The notes under the pieces: generated by a model
What the model was told of the DNA's origin: nothing
The model's database searches: none
What the model saw: only the letters and a program-made list of their open reading frames with translations
Shown here: one piece after another, positions 28,920 to 39,968 of the stretch
How positions within the stretch are numbered: position 1 is the stretch's first letter
How the letters are laid out: every line of letters begins with the position of its first letter
NCBI RefSeq assembly: GCF_014779595.1
Contig: NZ_JACXZT010000009.1
Location: 3,378 to 67,377 of the forward strand
DNA from: Halomonas sp. ML-15
GTDB lineage: Bacteria > Pseudomonadota > Gammaproteobacteria > Pseudomonadales > Halomonadaceae
Direction of reading: 5' to 3'
DNA: 64,000 nucleotides
Program-made: the position numbers and the translations under genes

Positions 28920-29503
28920 GCCTTATTCCTTTTGGCGTATGTTGCGAGTCACAGTATGTTGGTATTTATCGCTCCTGCGCTTGCAGGGCTTTCTACTTAG
29001 AGTGCGCTGCCCCAAGGGCTCATGGCAGAAAATGCAAGGTAGAGGAAAGTCGCTTTATCGTGACGTTCGATACTGTCAGGATTTATAAAACAAGGCAGGT
29101 GATGTTACCACTGACAGGTGGGGGCAGCTATGGCAGATTTCTGATCATACTGTAAGCCATTTCTTACATTCGCGTATTTCCCCGGACCCATGTCGAGTTG
29201 TAATCAATGTCAAAAATGAGGTTGAGTTATGAGAATGGCGCCATCGATACTTGACAGGTGGCAGGTCAATACTGCACTTTAATTTATAGCGTATCTCCTG
29301 GGTTAATAGAATAACTGTAGTCCTTTGGATCACCTGATAGAAGCCGCCTTAGTGACACAGGCTCTGCGCTTCGCAGTGCAGGGGGTGAGTTTCTATAGTG
29401 GCGGTTTGCCACTACCTTCACCTGGGCTACTTCATTGGCACGATGCTGCTGCTTAGCGGAGTAGCGCTGCTCTTCTGGTATTTTTAACTAGAGAAAGCAT
29501 TTT

Positions 29504-29944
29504 ATGTTGATGGCTAAAATTGCCCTTGCTCTTGTAGGCGTTATTGTGGTCGGCCTGGCTTTGGAGGTTGCTAGGATGGAGTGGGGAGTTCCGATAACCA
29601 TGGTTGATTTGATATTTTTTCCGCTATTGGTGGTAACGTTTTTTAATGTGTTGAAAGGCCTTTTTAGAAAAATATATTCAAAATCACCCACTACGGAAGG
29701 GGAGATAAAAAAATTATCGATCAGTCTTTTATTTTTCTCAACTATAGCCATTCCGTTTGGTGCTTGGAGTGTTTGGCATGTGTGGTCAGGTACAATGGGG
29801 GTCTTCGACTATTTTCCCGGAGGGAGAGGGGCCGCTCATGGTTATACTCTCATCTCTCTGGGTTTTATGTTTTTAATAATGTGGGTGCGTGTTTTGTTTG
29901 TAATGGCTAGCAATCTGGTCGCCCATAAAAGGAATGACGATTAG
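29504..29944 (+). CDS. Small membrane protein (4 TM), unknown; last gene of the low-GC islet
   Basis: Hydrophobic helices. AT-rich. Confidence 0.45.
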   Translation: MLMAKIALALVGVIVVGLALEVARMEWGVPITMVDLIFFPLLVVTFFNVLKGLFRKIYSKSPTTEGEIKKLSISLLFFSTIAIPFGAWSVWHVWSGTMGVFDYFPGGRGAAHGYTLISLGFMFLIMWVRVLFVMASNLVAHKRNDD

Positions 29945-30068
29945 CTTCAAGGCGACGACTCCCCATTGCTTTTCGTATCCAAGTTGGCAAGTGAGCGCGT
30001 TCACATCAGAGCGCAAGAATGATTATGTCAGGCCTGTTTCTGCCATCGTGGCATGGCAGACAGATCGC

Positions 30069-31424
30069 TCAGGCACGGCCCACGGGCTCTCCTTCCGGCT
30101 GCGGATGGGCGCGCAACAGCCACGAGGCGGCGGCGACGCCGGCCAGGCCGAAGAGTGCGCCGGGCAGGGCGCCTAGCGCCAGGCTGACGATGATACCGCC
30201 CAGGAGTGCCGTGCCGCCGACGAGAATGGCGGGTGTGCCGGTGGCCGAGATAACGCCGCGCTTGCGGCCCATCTCGAAGGTCACCACCGCGACCATGACC
30301 GGGGTGGCGGACACGATGCATAGCAGGATCCACCACAGGCGGCCGAGCCAGAAGCCCGCCTCGCCCGGTATGCCGGCGTCGATGGGCAGGCCGAGGCGCT
30401 CGCCCAGCCAGGCCGCCGGCAGCTCGGCGAGCTTGTGCCAGAGATAGAGCGGCATGCCCAGGGCGCCCAGGATCGTCACTACCCTGTCGATGCGGCGGCG
30501 CTCCAGCAGGCGGCGTACGGGGCCTTCACAGGTCAGTACGACACCGATCTGGACCCACATCACCCCCACCAGGGCCAGGGTTGGCGGAAGCAGGTTGCTG
30601 GGCACGCCAAACTCGCCATCGACCATGGCCACGGGATAGCCCGAGGCTACCGCCACGGCCAGCCACAGCAGGCCGAGCAGCAGCAGGGCCAGGCCGGCGC
30701 CCAGGCCAGAGAAGCGGCCGCGCTTCCAGGCGATACCGAGCTGCTGCGGCAGCAGCCAGACGATGATGGCGTTGAGCCAGCCGATGCCGCCGCCGTTGTC
30801 GGTGACCAGCGTGCCGAGCTCCAGCAGCTCGACGGGCGCCGTGATGCCGGCACGCAGTAGATCGACCGCGGCGGCGATCAGCAGCAGCCCCGCCACGGCC
30901 TTGAGCCCCCAGCGATTATCGGCCCATACGCAGAGCGGCAGCAGCGCCTGTACCCCAAGCAGCATCATCAGGAACCAGAGGTGCACGGTCAGCGAGTGGT
31001 TCAGCGGGCCGAGCAGGCGGCCGCCGGTGTAGGTGGCGATCACCACGAAAGCCACCAGCACCGCCAGATAGGTGACGGTGGGGCGCGCCAGGCCCAGCGC
31101 CCGGCCAGCCCACCAGTGAAGCTGCCGGTGGCCCTGCTTCAGCCGCCGCTGGGCGCCGTCAGCACTCACTGCGGCGGAGACGAACACGAACAGCGGCACG
31201 ACCTGTAGCACCCAGGTGAGCACGCCGGCCCCCGTCCACACCATCAGCAGGTGGTCGGTGGTGGTCATCAGGCCGTTCTCGAGCCGCGGCAGGGTGGCGA
31301 TCCAGTGGCCGAATACCACCACCAGCAGGGCGCCGGCGCGAAGCGCGTCGGGATAGCGGTCGCGGCTCGTCTGGCTGTCCGTGTCGCTGGGCTGTGGTGT
31401 GTCGCTTGGCTGTGAAGAGTTCAA
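30069..31424 (-). CDS. Acyltransferase family 3 membrane protein
   Basis: N-terminal R..D.LRAGALLVVVFGHW motif of acyltransferase_3. ~10 TM helices. Confidence 0.75.
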   Translation of the reverse strand: MNSSQPSDTPQPSDTDSQTSRDRYPDALRAGALLVVVFGHWIATLPRLENGLMTTTDHLLMVWTGAGVLTWVLQVVPLFVFVSAAVSADGAQRRLKQGHRQLHWWAGRALGLARPTVTYLAVLVAFVVIATYTGGRLLGPLNHSLTVHLWFLMMLLGVQALLPLCVWADNRWGLKAVAGLLLIAAAVDLLRAGITAPVELLELGTLVTDNGGGIGWLNAIIVWLLPQQLGIAWKRGRFSGLGAGLALLLLGLLWLAVAVASGYPVAMVDGEFGVPSNLLPPTLALVGVMWVQIGVVLTCEGPVRRLLERRRIDRVVTILGALGMPLYLWHKLAELPAAWLGERLGLPIDAGIPGEAGFWLGRLWWILLCIVSATPVMVAVVTFEMGRKRGVISATGTPAILVGGTALLGGIIVSLALGALPGALFGLAGVAAASWLLRAHPQPEGEPVGRA

Positions 31425-31803
31425 TGCGTACCGCTCCTGGTCAGCCTGGTCAGCCTGGTCCGCTGCTGTTCGATGGCGTTTACAACGCTACGATGCCTGA
31501 CGGTCGATGGTTGTCGAACAGTGTTTTTTAATATCATCCATGAAACAGCGATACGCCGCAAGAGCGTGATGAGCGCCCCGCGTTGACCGAGATGGACAAC
31601 AGCCAGTACCCGCACTAACTGGTCGGCCCGTAGAGCCTGTGCCGCGTTTTTTGCTGCACGGCTCTTTAACGGAATATCCCGATGCGCGGCTGGACCTCCC
31701 CGGCTAGCTCGCCAGGTCGGGAACAGTTCCCGTACCGCCAGTACGCTGTTAGCGTACCGCAAGCGGCTTGTTGCCTCCCTTATCACGTCGAAGGAGTGAT
31801 CCG

Positions 31804-32433
31804 ATGATTACGCTCTATGGTTTTCCCAACTCCCGCTCGCAGCGGGTTGCCTGGACCCTGGAGGAGCTGGGGCTCGAGTACGAGTACCGCTCTGTCGACA
31901 TGATGGCCGGCGAGGGGCAGGGCGAGGAGCACCTGACACGTCACCCCGATGGCAAGGTGCCAGTGCTGGAAGACGGTGAACTGGTGCTGTTCGAGTCGCT
32001 GGCGATCTGTCGCTACCTGGCCGAGCACTACGGTGAGGCGAGCGGACTGCTGCCGGCCTCGCCGGTCGAACGGGCCCAGGTCGATCAGTGGCTGAGCTTC
32101 GTTATCAGCGAACTGGAGCAGCCGCTGTGGACCCAGGGCAAGCACAAGTTTGCCCTGCCCCGCGAGCGCCGCGTGCCGACGGTGCTGCCGACGGCAGCGT
32201 GGGAGTTCCAGCGTGCGATGGGGGCGCTACAGCGCCAGTTCGACGGCCAGGCGTGGCTGGTCGGCGGGCAGTTTACCCTCGCTGACCTGTTTGTCGGCCA
32301 TACCCTGAGCTGGGGCGTGCGGTTCAAGAATCGCCTGCCGCTGGCGCTTGAGGCGTATCGTGAGCGCTGCATATCGCGCCCGGCGCTGGCCAGAGCCGCG
32401 GAGCGCGAAAAGTCGGTGGCCGAGGCAAGCTGA
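31804..32433 (+). CDS. gst: Glutathione S-transferase
   Basis: MITLYGFPNSRSQRVAWTLEELGLEYE thioredoxin-like N-domain. AAGGAG RBS. Confidence 0.85.
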   Translation: MITLYGFPNSRSQRVAWTLEELGLEYEYRSVDMMAGEGQGEEHLTRHPDGKVPVLEDGELVLFESLAICRYLAEHYGEASGLLPASPVERAQVDQWLSFVISELEQPLWTQGKHKFALPRERRVPTVLPTAAWEFQRAMGALQRQFDGQAWLVGGQFTLADLFVGHTLSWGVRFKNRLPLALEAYRERCISRPALARAAEREKSVAEAS

Positions 32434-32459
32434 ATTTCGAGACGTTTCCTATTTACCTG

Positions 32460-33173
32460 TCAGGCCCCGTGGGGTAGCACCGCCGCATACACCGCGAAGT
32501 AGTGGCAGGTGCTGCCGCCGAGCACGAACAGGTGCCAGATGGCGTGATTGTAGGGTATTGCGTTGATGGCAAAGAAGACCACGCCCAGGGTATAGGTGAT
32601 GCCGCCGGCGGCGAGCAGGACGATGCCGCTGGTCGCCAGGCTGGTGGTCAGTTCGCCGCTGGCGAAGACCATCAGCCAGCCCATCAGCAGATAGTTGGCG
32701 ATGCGCATGACGGTGAAGCGCTGAGGCCAGATCAGCTTGCAGGCAATACCGAACAGCGCCAGGGACCAGACGATGGCAAACAGCGTCCAGCCGGTGGGGC
32801 CGCGCATGTTGACCAGCAGAAAAGGGGTATAGGTACCGGCGATCAGCAGGTAGATGGCGCAGTGGTCCAGATGCTGAAACAGTCGCTTCAGTCGAGGGTG
32901 CTTGATGCCGTGGTAGAGGGTCGAGGCGGTGTAGAGCAGCACCAGGCTGGCGCCGTAGAGGCTGATGCCGATGATCTTCCAGGGGTCGGTATGGGTGGCG
33001 AGACTGGCCAGTACGATCAAGACCGCGACCCCGGCGAGGCTTAGAATGGCGCCGATACCGTGACTGATGCTGTTGAGCAGTTCCTCGATGACGCTGTGGT
33101 GGTGCGGCATGACGTGGCTAGGCATGGGCGGTTCTCCGGCAGATAGGGCGCCCGATGCCGTCATGCGGCTCAA
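32460..33173 (-). CDS. Hemolysin III family channel protein
   Basis: [16 protein letters not shown] motif and 7 TM helices. Confidence 0.85.
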   Translation of the reverse strand: MSRMTASGALSAGEPPMPSHVMPHHHSVIEELLNSISHGIGAILSLAGVAVLIVLASLATHTDPWKIIGISLYGASLVLLYTASTLYHGIKHPRLKRLFQHLDHCAIYLLIAGTYTPFLLVNMRGPTGWTLFAIVWSLALFGIACKLIWPQRFTVMRIANYLLMGWLMVFASGELTTSLATSGIVLLAAGGITYTLGVVFFAINAIPYNHAIWHLFVLGGSTCHYFAVYAAVLPHGA

Positions 33174-33805
33174 GGCTTGCGGTCGATATCCACATCGCTG
33201 GCCTGGGTGAAGTCACCGAGCGCCATCATATGGCCCAGTTTGCCAGCTTTGGTGGCCAGATACTGTTCGTTGTGGGGATTGAGGCCGGTGGTCAGCGGCT
33301 GGCGTTCACTGATAATCACGCCGTCGCGGGTCAGCGCCTCGACCTTGCGCGGGTTGTTGGTCATCAGCTTGAGAGAGGCCACGCCGAGGTGCTCCAGCAT
33401 CGGCACACAGAGGTCGTAGCGGCGCATGTCGGCGCCGAAGCCCAACTGTTCGTTGGCCTCCACGGTGTCGGCGCCCTGATCCTGCAGGTGGTAGGCGCGG
33501 ATCTTGTTGAGCAGGCCGATGCCGCGGCCCTCCTGGCGCAGGTAGAGCAGTACGCCACGGCCTTCGGTGGCGATGCGCTTGAGCGCCTCCTGCAGCTGAT
33601 AGCCGCAGTCGCAGCGCATCGAGAACAGCGCGTCGCCGGTCAGACACTCCGAGTGCACACGGCCCAGCACCGGGGCGCCATCGTCGATCTCACCAAGCGT
33701 CAAGGCAATATGATCCTTGCCGGTGGCGTCGTCTTCGAAGCCATGCATGGTGAAGGTCGCCCAGGGTGTGGGCAGCTGAGAGGCGGCGATGAAGCGAATC
33801 GACAC
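33170..33805 (-). CDS. ribA: GTP cyclohydrolase II
   Basis: [23 protein letters not shown] zinc/GTP motifs. Confidence 0.9.
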   Translation of the reverse strand: MSIRFIAASQLPTPWATFTMHGFEDDATGKDHIALTLGEIDDGAPVLGRVHSECLTGDALFSMRCDCGYQLQEALKRIATEGRGVLLYLRQEGRGIGLLNKIRAYHLQDQGADTVEANEQLGFGADMRRYDLCVPMLEHLGVASLKLMTNNPRKVEALTRDGVIISERQPLTTGLNPHNEQYLATKAGKLGHMMALGDFTQASDVDIDRKP

Positions 33806-33987
33806 GGAGAACCTCGATGCGGTGACGGCGGCCTGGCCGGCGGGTGGGCGCCTATTCTATCAGCTTCGTCGGTGCTGCTCACAGGCGATGAATAATGCCT
33901 ATAGGTGGGGGGAAGCATGGCCTTAATCAAGCCGCGAGCGGCGGCATTGGGTACAATGCGGGTAAATTCTTCAGCATAGAGCCCTTC

Positions 33988-35055
33988 ATGGAACTGCAAA
34001 ACGATCGCTTCCTGCGCGCCCTGGCCCGCCAGCCGGTGGATCGCACCCCGGTATGGATGATGCGTCAGGCCGGCCGCTACCTCCCCGAGTATCGCGCCCT
34101 GCGCGCCCATGCCGGCAGCTTTATGGACCTGTGTCGCAACCAGGAGCTGGCCTGTGAAGTGACCCTGCAGCCGCTGGAGCGCTACCCGCTGGATGCCGCC
34201 ATTCTGTTCTCGGATATCCTCACCATCCCCGATGCCATGGGCCTGGGGCTCTACTTCGAGACCGGCGAGGGGCCGAAATTCCGCCACCCGGTGCGCACCG
34301 CAGAGGCGGTCGCCGCGCTCAAGGCGCCGGATGCCGAGCGCGACCTCGACTATGTGATGAACGCCGTGCGCACCATTCGCCATGAGCTCAACGGCCGGGT
34401 ACCGCTGATCGGCTTCTCCGGCAGCCCCTGGACCCTGGCCACCTATATGGTCGAGGGCGCCTCGAGCAAGGATTTCCGGCATGTGAAGTCGATGCTGTAT
34501 GGCAACCCGGATGCCATGCACCAGCTGCTCGACACTCTGGCCACGGCGGTCACCGACTACCTCAATGCGCAGATTCGTGCCGGCGCCCAGGCGGTGCAGA
34601 TCTTCGATACCTGGGGCGGGGTGCTGTCGACGCCGGCCTACTTGGAGTTCTCGCTGCGCTATATGGAGCAGATCGTCGCCGGGCTGATTCGCGAGCATGA
34701 CGGGCGCCGGGTGCCGGTGATCCTGTTCACCAAGAATGGCGGCCAGTGGCTGGAGCAGATCGCCAGCGCCGGCAGCGACGCGGTGGGCCTGGACTGGACC
34801 ACCGAGCTCTCCGATGCGCGTGCCCGGGTCGGTCACCGCGTCGCGCTGCAGGGCAACCTCGACCCCAACGTGCTGTTTGCCAAGCCGCCGGCGATCCGCG
34901 CCGAAGTGGCGCGGGTGCTGGACAGCTTTGGTCCCGGCGAGGGCCATATCTTCAACCTTGGGCACGGCATCAGTCAGTTTACCGACCCGGACCACGTCAC
35001 CGCCTTTATGGAAGCCCTGAATGAGCTAAGCCCGGCGTACCACCAGGGCAACTGA
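33988..35055 (+). CDS. hemE: Uroporphyrinogen decarboxylase
   Basis: [17 protein letters not shown] signature. Start chosen at MELQNDRF (in frame with ORF 33895). Confidence 0.92.
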   Translation: MELQNDRFLRALARQPVDRTPVWMMRQAGRYLPEYRALRAHAGSFMDLCRNQELACEVTLQPLERYPLDAAILFSDILTIPDAMGLGLYFETGEGPKFRHPVRTAEAVAALKAPDAERDLDYVMNAVRTIRHELNGRVPLIGFSGSPWTLATYMVEGASSKDFRHVKSMLYGNPDAMHQLLDTLATAVTDYLNAQIRAGAQAVQIFDTWGGVLSTPAYLEFSLRYMEQIVAGLIREHDGRRVPVILFTKNGGQWLEQIASAGSDAVGLDWTTELSDARARVGHRVALQGNLDPNVLFAKPPAIRAEVARVLDSFGPGEGHIFNLGHGISQFTDPDHVTAFMEALNELSPAYHQGN

Positions 35056-35056
35056 G

Positions 35057-35434
35057 GTGAACGCGAGAGAGATTCTGCACCGCTGGCATGAGCGCCGCCG
35101 GCTATGGCTGGTGCTGGCGCTGCTGGCCGCACTGCTGATCGTGGTGGGTAGCCTGACCCCCGGCAGTGAGATGCCCCAGCGGCTGCCGTGGGACAAGTTC
35201 AACCACTTCGTCGGCTATGGGGGGCTGGCGACGCTGGTATCGCTGGCCGGGATGCGTGAGCTGCGAGCCTTTGCGCTGGTGGTCGCCTTCGGCATTGCCA
35301 TCGAATATGCCCAGATCCCGGTGCCCGGACGCAGTGGCGGCGATGGCTGGGACATCCTGGCCAATACCCTGGGGGCCGCCAGCGCCTTGCTGGTGCTGGC
35401 CCGGCTGCGCCAATGGCTGGTCGCCGCGTCGTAA
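35057..35434 (+). CDS. VanZ-like family membrane protein
   Basis: DKFNHFVGY motif and 3-4 TM helices. Confidence 0.7.
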   Translation: MNAREILHRWHERRRLWLVLALLAALLIVVGSLTPGSEMPQRLPWDKFNHFVGYGGLATLVSLAGMRELRAFALVVAFGIAIEYAQIPVPGRSGGDGWDILANTLGAASALLVLARLRQWLVAAS

Positions 35435-35461
35435 CATCAGCCTGACACGCTATCTAGCCTA

Positions 35462-35505
35462 GATCGCCTCCGGGAGCTCCGCTGCCGGGGGCGATCTCGT
35501 TTTGG
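35462..35505 (+). terminator. Rho-independent terminator after the hemE-vanZ unit
   Basis: gatcgcctccggg…ccgggggcgatc hairpin followed by tcgtttt. Confidence 0.5.
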
Positions 35506-35741
35506 TGCGTCAGCGCGGGTGAGCGTTGAGTAATGCACTACGCAGGTGCATGAAAAAACAGGCGATTATCTTTGAGAGTGCGAGATTGAGCGGAAGAACC
35601 CGCGTTCCGCCTGGCTTTTATGCGTTGAATAAATGTTATTTTCGGTTACTGCGCATGTTGGAACACTCTTTGCTATGTTCTTGGCACATGCTTGCGTCAC
35701 GCATGTCCCAATATATTGTTCATTAGGTGAGGGAATCCTCC

Positions 35742-36770
35742 ATGTCGTACAAGAATAACAAGCTGGTACTGTTGACCTCGGCCACAGTGCTGGCCGCAGG
35801 TGCAAGCGTGATGGCCTCGGCCTCGACGCTGGAAGATACCGTTGATCGTGGCGCCGTGCAGTGTGGCGTGAGCGATGGTCTGCCGGGCTTTTCGGCGCCG
35901 GATGATGACGGTAACTGGCAAGGCCTGGATGTCGACGTCTGTCGCGCCATCGCCGCTGCCGTATTTGGCGATGCCGAGGCGGTACGCTATGTGCCGTTGA
36001 ATGCCGTCGAGCGCTTCACCGCCCTGCAGTCGGGTGAAGTGGACGTGCTGTCGCGCAATACCACCTGGACCACCACCCGCGACACCACCCTGGGTATCAA
36101 CTTTACTGGCGTCACCTTCTACGACGGTCAGGGCTTCCTGGTGTCGTCTGACCTGGGTATCTCCAGCGCTGAGGAGCTCGACGGTGCGGCGGTGTGCGTG
36201 CAGTCCGGCACTACCACTGAGCTCAACCTGGCCGACTACTTCCGCGCCAACGGCATGGAGTTCGACCCGATCGTTTTCGATACCTCCGAGCAGACCGTCG
36301 GCGGCTTCGAAGCCGGTCGCTGCGACGTGCTGACCTCCGACACCTCTCAGTTGGCCGCCCTGCGTATCCAGCTCGATGATCCGGATGGCGCCATGGTGTT
36401 GCCGGAAATCATCTCCAAGGAGCCGCTGGGTCCAGCCGTGCGCCAGGGCGATGATCAGTGGTTCAACGTCGTCAAGTGGTCACTGTTTGCCATGCTCAAC
36501 GCCGAGGAGCTGGGCCTCAGCAGCGACAACGTCGACGAGATGCTGAGTTCGGAAGATCCGGATATTGCCCGCCTGCTGGGTGAAGACGGCAACTACGGCG
36601 AGGGCATGGGTCTCGAGGCCGACTGGGCTTACCACATCATCAGCCAGGTCGGTAACTACGCCGAAAGCTTCGAGCGCAACGTGGGGATGGACTCACCGCT
36701 GCAGATCGAGCGCGGCATCAACGCCCTGTGGACCGAAGGCGGCATCCAGTACGCGCCGCCGATCCGCTAA
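35742..36770 (+). CDS. aapJ: General L-amino-acid ABC transporter substrate-binding protein
   Basis: Signal peptide. AapJ/BztA-like family 3 SBP motifs. Confidence 0.85.
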   Translation: MSYKNNKLVLLTSATVLAAGASVMASASTLEDTVDRGAVQCGVSDGLPGFSAPDDDGNWQGLDVDVCRAIAAAVFGDAEAVRYVPLNAVERFTALQSGEVDVLSRNTTWTTTRDTTLGINFTGVTFYDGQGFLVSSDLGISSAEELDGAAVCVQSGTTTELNLADYFRANGMEFDPIVFDTSEQTVGGFEAGRCDVLTSDTSQLAALRIQLDDPDGAMVLPEIISKEPLGPAVRQGDDQWFNVVKWSLFAMLNAEELGLSSDNVDEMLSSEDPDIARLLGEDGNYGEGMGLEADWAYHIISQVGNYAESFERNVGMDSPLQIERGINALWTEGGIQYAPPIR

Positions 36771-36888
36771 GCGATCCGCCTGATGCGCCGGCACGACCGG
36801 CGCGTTGACGCCACGTCTGGCGGGGGGTGTCACCGCCCGCCAGACGATGGTTCGCATTATCCAGCCCCTCCAGGCGGAGACGATTCTC

Positions 36889-38079
36889 ATGTCTGCTCGA
36901 CCCAAGGCCTCCCAGATAGGCCCCAAGCCCCCGTTCTGGCGCGATCCTGCCAAACGGGCGCTGATCTTTCAGGTGTTGCTGGTGGCGGCGGTCATCGCCT
37001 CGCTGCTCTACATTATCGGCAACACCCAGGACAACCTGGCCGCACGCGGTATTACCACCGGCTTCGGTTTCCTCAATAACACCGCCGGTTTTGGCATTGT
37101 CCAGAGTCTGGTTGATTACTCCTCCCAGAGTACCTATGGCCGCACCTTCCTGGTGGGCCTGCTCAACACCCTGCTGGTGGGTGGTCTCGGGGTGTTGGCG
37201 GCCACCATCATCGGTTTCATCGTCGGTATTGCGCGGCTGTCGCCCAACTGGCTGATTGCGCGCCTGGCCAACGCCTATATCGAGATCTTCCGCAATATCC
37301 CGCTGCTGCTGCAGATCTTCTTCTGGTACTTCGCGGTACTGCGCGCCATGCCCAGCGCCCGCGATAGCCTGGCGTTCGGCGAGGTGGTCTTCCTCAACGT
37401 CCGCGGGCTATATCTACCCGAGCCGCTGTTCGAGTCGGGCTTCGGGCTGATTCCACTGGCGTTTGGGGTGGCCATTGCCGCCAGCATCGCCCTGGTGATC
37501 TGGAACAAGCGTCGCCACGAGGCCACCGGCAAGCGCCTGCCGGCGGGCTGGATCTCGCTGGGGCTGATCCTGGGCTTGCCGCTGCTGGTGCTGGTCGCGA
37601 CCGGGGTGCCGGTCACCTGGGACGTGCCCGAGCTGCGCGGCTTCAACTTCCGCGGCGGCATCACGGTGATCCCCGAGTTTCTGGCGCTGTGGCTGGCGCT
37701 GTCGATCTATACGGCGTCCTATATCGCCGAGATCGTCCGCTCCGGCATCCAGGCCATCTCCCATGGCCAGACCGAGGCGGCCCAGGCGCTGAGCCTGCCC
37801 CAGGGAATGGTGCTGCGGCTGGTGATCATCCCCCAGGCGATGCGGGTCATCATCCCGCCGCTGACCAGCCAGTATCTCAACCTGATCAAGAACTCCTCGC
37901 TGGCCACGGCCATCGGCTATCCGGATCTGGTCTCGGTGTTTGCCGGCACCACGCTGAACCAGACCGGTCAGGCCATCGAGGTGATTGCCATGACCATGGC
38001 GGTCTACCTGAGCATCAGCCTGTCGGTATCGCTGTTCATGAACTGGTACAACGCCCGCATGGCGTTGGTCGAACGATAG
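36889..38079 (+). CDS. aapQ: Amino-acid ABC transporter permease
   Basis: Large permease with EAA-type loop. Operon context. Confidence 0.85.
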   Translation: MSARPKASQIGPKPPFWRDPAKRALIFQVLLVAAVIASLLYIIGNTQDNLAARGITTGFGFLNNTAGFGIVQSLVDYSSQSTYGRTFLVGLLNTLLVGGLGVLAATIIGFIVGIARLSPNWLIARLANAYIEIFRNIPLLLQIFFWYFAVLRAMPSARDSLAFGEVVFLNVRGLYLPEPLFESGFGLIPLAFGVAIAASIALVIWNKRRHEATGKRLPAGWISLGLILGLPLLVLVATGVPVTWDVPELRGFNFRGGITVIPEFLALWLALSIYTASYIAEIVRSGIQAISHGQTEAAQALSLPQGMVLRLVIIPQAMRVIIPPLTSQYLNLIKNSSLATAIGYPDLVSVFAGTTLNQTGQAIEVIAMTMAVYLSISLSVSLFMNWYNARMALVER

Positions 38080-38088
38080 GGGCGGGCC

Positions 38089-39189
38089 ATGATTCACCAT
38101 CACAAGATGATCGAGGCGCGACCGGCGCCCTCCAACACCATCGGCCCCCTGGCCTGGCTGCGTGCCAATCTGTTCAGCGGGCCGATCAACAGCTTTTTCT
38201 CGCTGCTTGGGCTCTATCTGCTCTACCTGCTTCTGGCTCCCACCATCCAGTGGGGACTGATCAACGCCGACTGGGTGGGGACCAGCCGCGACGACTGCTC
38301 CCGCGAGGGCGCCTGCTGGGTGTTTATCAATGCCCGTTTCACGCAGTTCATCTACGGTCTCTATCCGCGTAGCGAGCTGTGGCGGGTCGACCTGACCTTT
38401 GCCACCTTCGCCGGGCTGATCGGCTGGCTGATGATTCCGCGGCTGCCGTTCAAGCGCTGGGTGGCGCTGGTCACCCTGATCGGCTTCCCGGTATTCGCCT
38501 ACTTGCTGCTCTACGGCGGCCACTTCGGCCTGCCGGTGGTGCAGACCCACCGCTGGGGCGGCCTGATGCTGACCCTGGTGCTGGCCGTGGTAGGCATGGT
38601 CGGTGCGCTGCCGATCGGTATTCTGCTGGCCCTGGGCAGGCGTTCGCAGATGCCCATCGTCAAGAGCTTCTGCGTGGTGTTCATCGAGTTCTGGCGCGGC
38701 GTGCCGCTGATCACGGTGCTGTTCATGGCCTCGGTGATGCTGCCGCTGTTCATGCCTACCGGGGTCAGCGTCGACCGTCTGATCCGCGCCTTTATCGGTA
38801 TCACCCTGTTCCAGAGCGCCTATATGGCCGAGGTGGTGCGCGGTGGCCTGCAGGCCATTCCGCGCGGGCAGGAGGAGGCGGCGGCGGCCCTGGGCATGGG
38901 CTACTGGAAGCGCATGGGCCTGATCGTGCTGCCCCAGGCCTTGAAGATGATGATCCCCGGGATCGTCAACACCTTCATCTCGCTGTTCAAGGACACCACC
39001 CTGGTGATGATCATCGGCCTGTTCGACCTGCTTGGCATCGTCCAGGCGGCGCTGTCGGACTCACGCTGGCTGGGCTTCGCGCTGGAGGGCTATATCTTCG
39101 CGGCGTTCATGTTCTGGATCTTCTGTTTCAGCATGTCGCGCTACAGCCAGTATCTCGAGAGAAAATTACACACCGGCCATAAGCGCTAA
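38089..39189 (+). CDS. aapM: Amino-acid ABC transporter permease
   Basis: Permease. EAAxALG-like loop ([10 protein letters not shown]). Confidence 0.85.
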   Translation: MIHHHKMIEARPAPSNTIGPLAWLRANLFSGPINSFFSLLGLYLLYLLLAPTIQWGLINADWVGTSRDDCSREGACWVFINARFTQFIYGLYPRSELWRVDLTFATFAGLIGWLMIPRLPFKRWVALVTLIGFPVFAYLLLYGGHFGLPVVQTHRWGGLMLTLVLAVVGMVGALPIGILLALGRRSQMPIVKSFCVVFIEFWRGVPLITVLFMASVMLPLFMPTGVSVDRLIRAFIGITLFQSAYMAEVVRGGLQAIPRGQEEAAAALGMGYWKRMGLIVLPQALKMMIPGIVNTFISLFKDTTLVMIIGLFDLLGIVQAALSDSRWLGFALEGYIFAAFMFWIFCFSMSRYSQYLERKLHTGHKR

Positions 39190-39200
39190 GGACAAATACA

Positions 39201-39968
39201 ATGAATGAACAGGCAACCCAGGCCGGCGCCGGCGACCTGATGGTCGAGATGCGCGGCGTCAACAAGTGGTACGGCGACTTCCATGTGCTGCGCGATATCG
39301 ACCTGGAGGTACGGCGCGGCGAGCGGATCGTCATCTGCGGCCCGTCGGGCTCGGGCAAGTCGACGCTGATTCGCTGTATCAACCATCTCGAAGAGCATCA
39401 GCAGGGCGAGATCGTGGTCGGCGGCATGCCGCTGACTCAGGACATCAAGCGCATCGAGCAGATTCGCCGCAGCGTCGGCATGGTGTTCCAGCACTTCAAT
39501 CTCTTCCCGCACCTCACGGTGCTGGAAAACTGCTGTCTGGCACCGATGTGGGTGCAGAAGAAACCACGCCAGGAGGCCGAGGCGCGGGCCATGCAGTACC
39601 TCGAGCGGGTGCAGATTGCCGAGCAGGCGCTGAAGTACCCCGGCCAGCTCTCCGGCGGCCAGCAGCAGCGGGTGGCGATCGCCCGCTCGCTGTGCATGCA
39701 CCCCGAGGTGATGCTGTTCGATGAGCCGACCTCGGCACTCGACCCGGAGATGATCAAGGAGGTGCTCGACGTCATGGTCGAGCTGGCCAAGGAGGGCATG
39801 ACCATGCTCTGCGTTACCCATGAGATGGGCTTCGCCAAGACCGTGGCTGACCGGGTGATCTTCATGGATCAGGGGCAGATCATCGAGGAGAACGCGCCGG
39901 AACCGTTCTTCAATGACCCGCAGTCCGAGCGCACTCAGCTATTCCTTAGCCAGATTCTGGGCCACTGA
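39201..39968 (+). CDS. aapP: Amino-acid ABC transporter ATP-binding protein
   Basis: GPSGSGKST Walker [14 protein letters not shown] signature. Walker [11 protein letters not shown]. Confidence 0.9.
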   Translation: MNEQATQAGAGDLMVEMRGVNKWYGDFHVLRDIDLEVRRGERIVICGPSGSGKSTLIRCINHLEEHQQGEIVVGGMPLTQDIKRIEQIRRSVGMVFQHFNLFPHLTVLENCCLAPMWVQKKPRQEAEARAMQYLERVQIAEQALKYPGQLSGGQQQRVAIARSLCMHPEVMLFDEPTSALDPEMIKEVLDVMVELAKEGMTMLCVTHEMGFAKTVADRVIFMDQGQIIEENAPEPFFNDPQSERTQLFLSQILGH

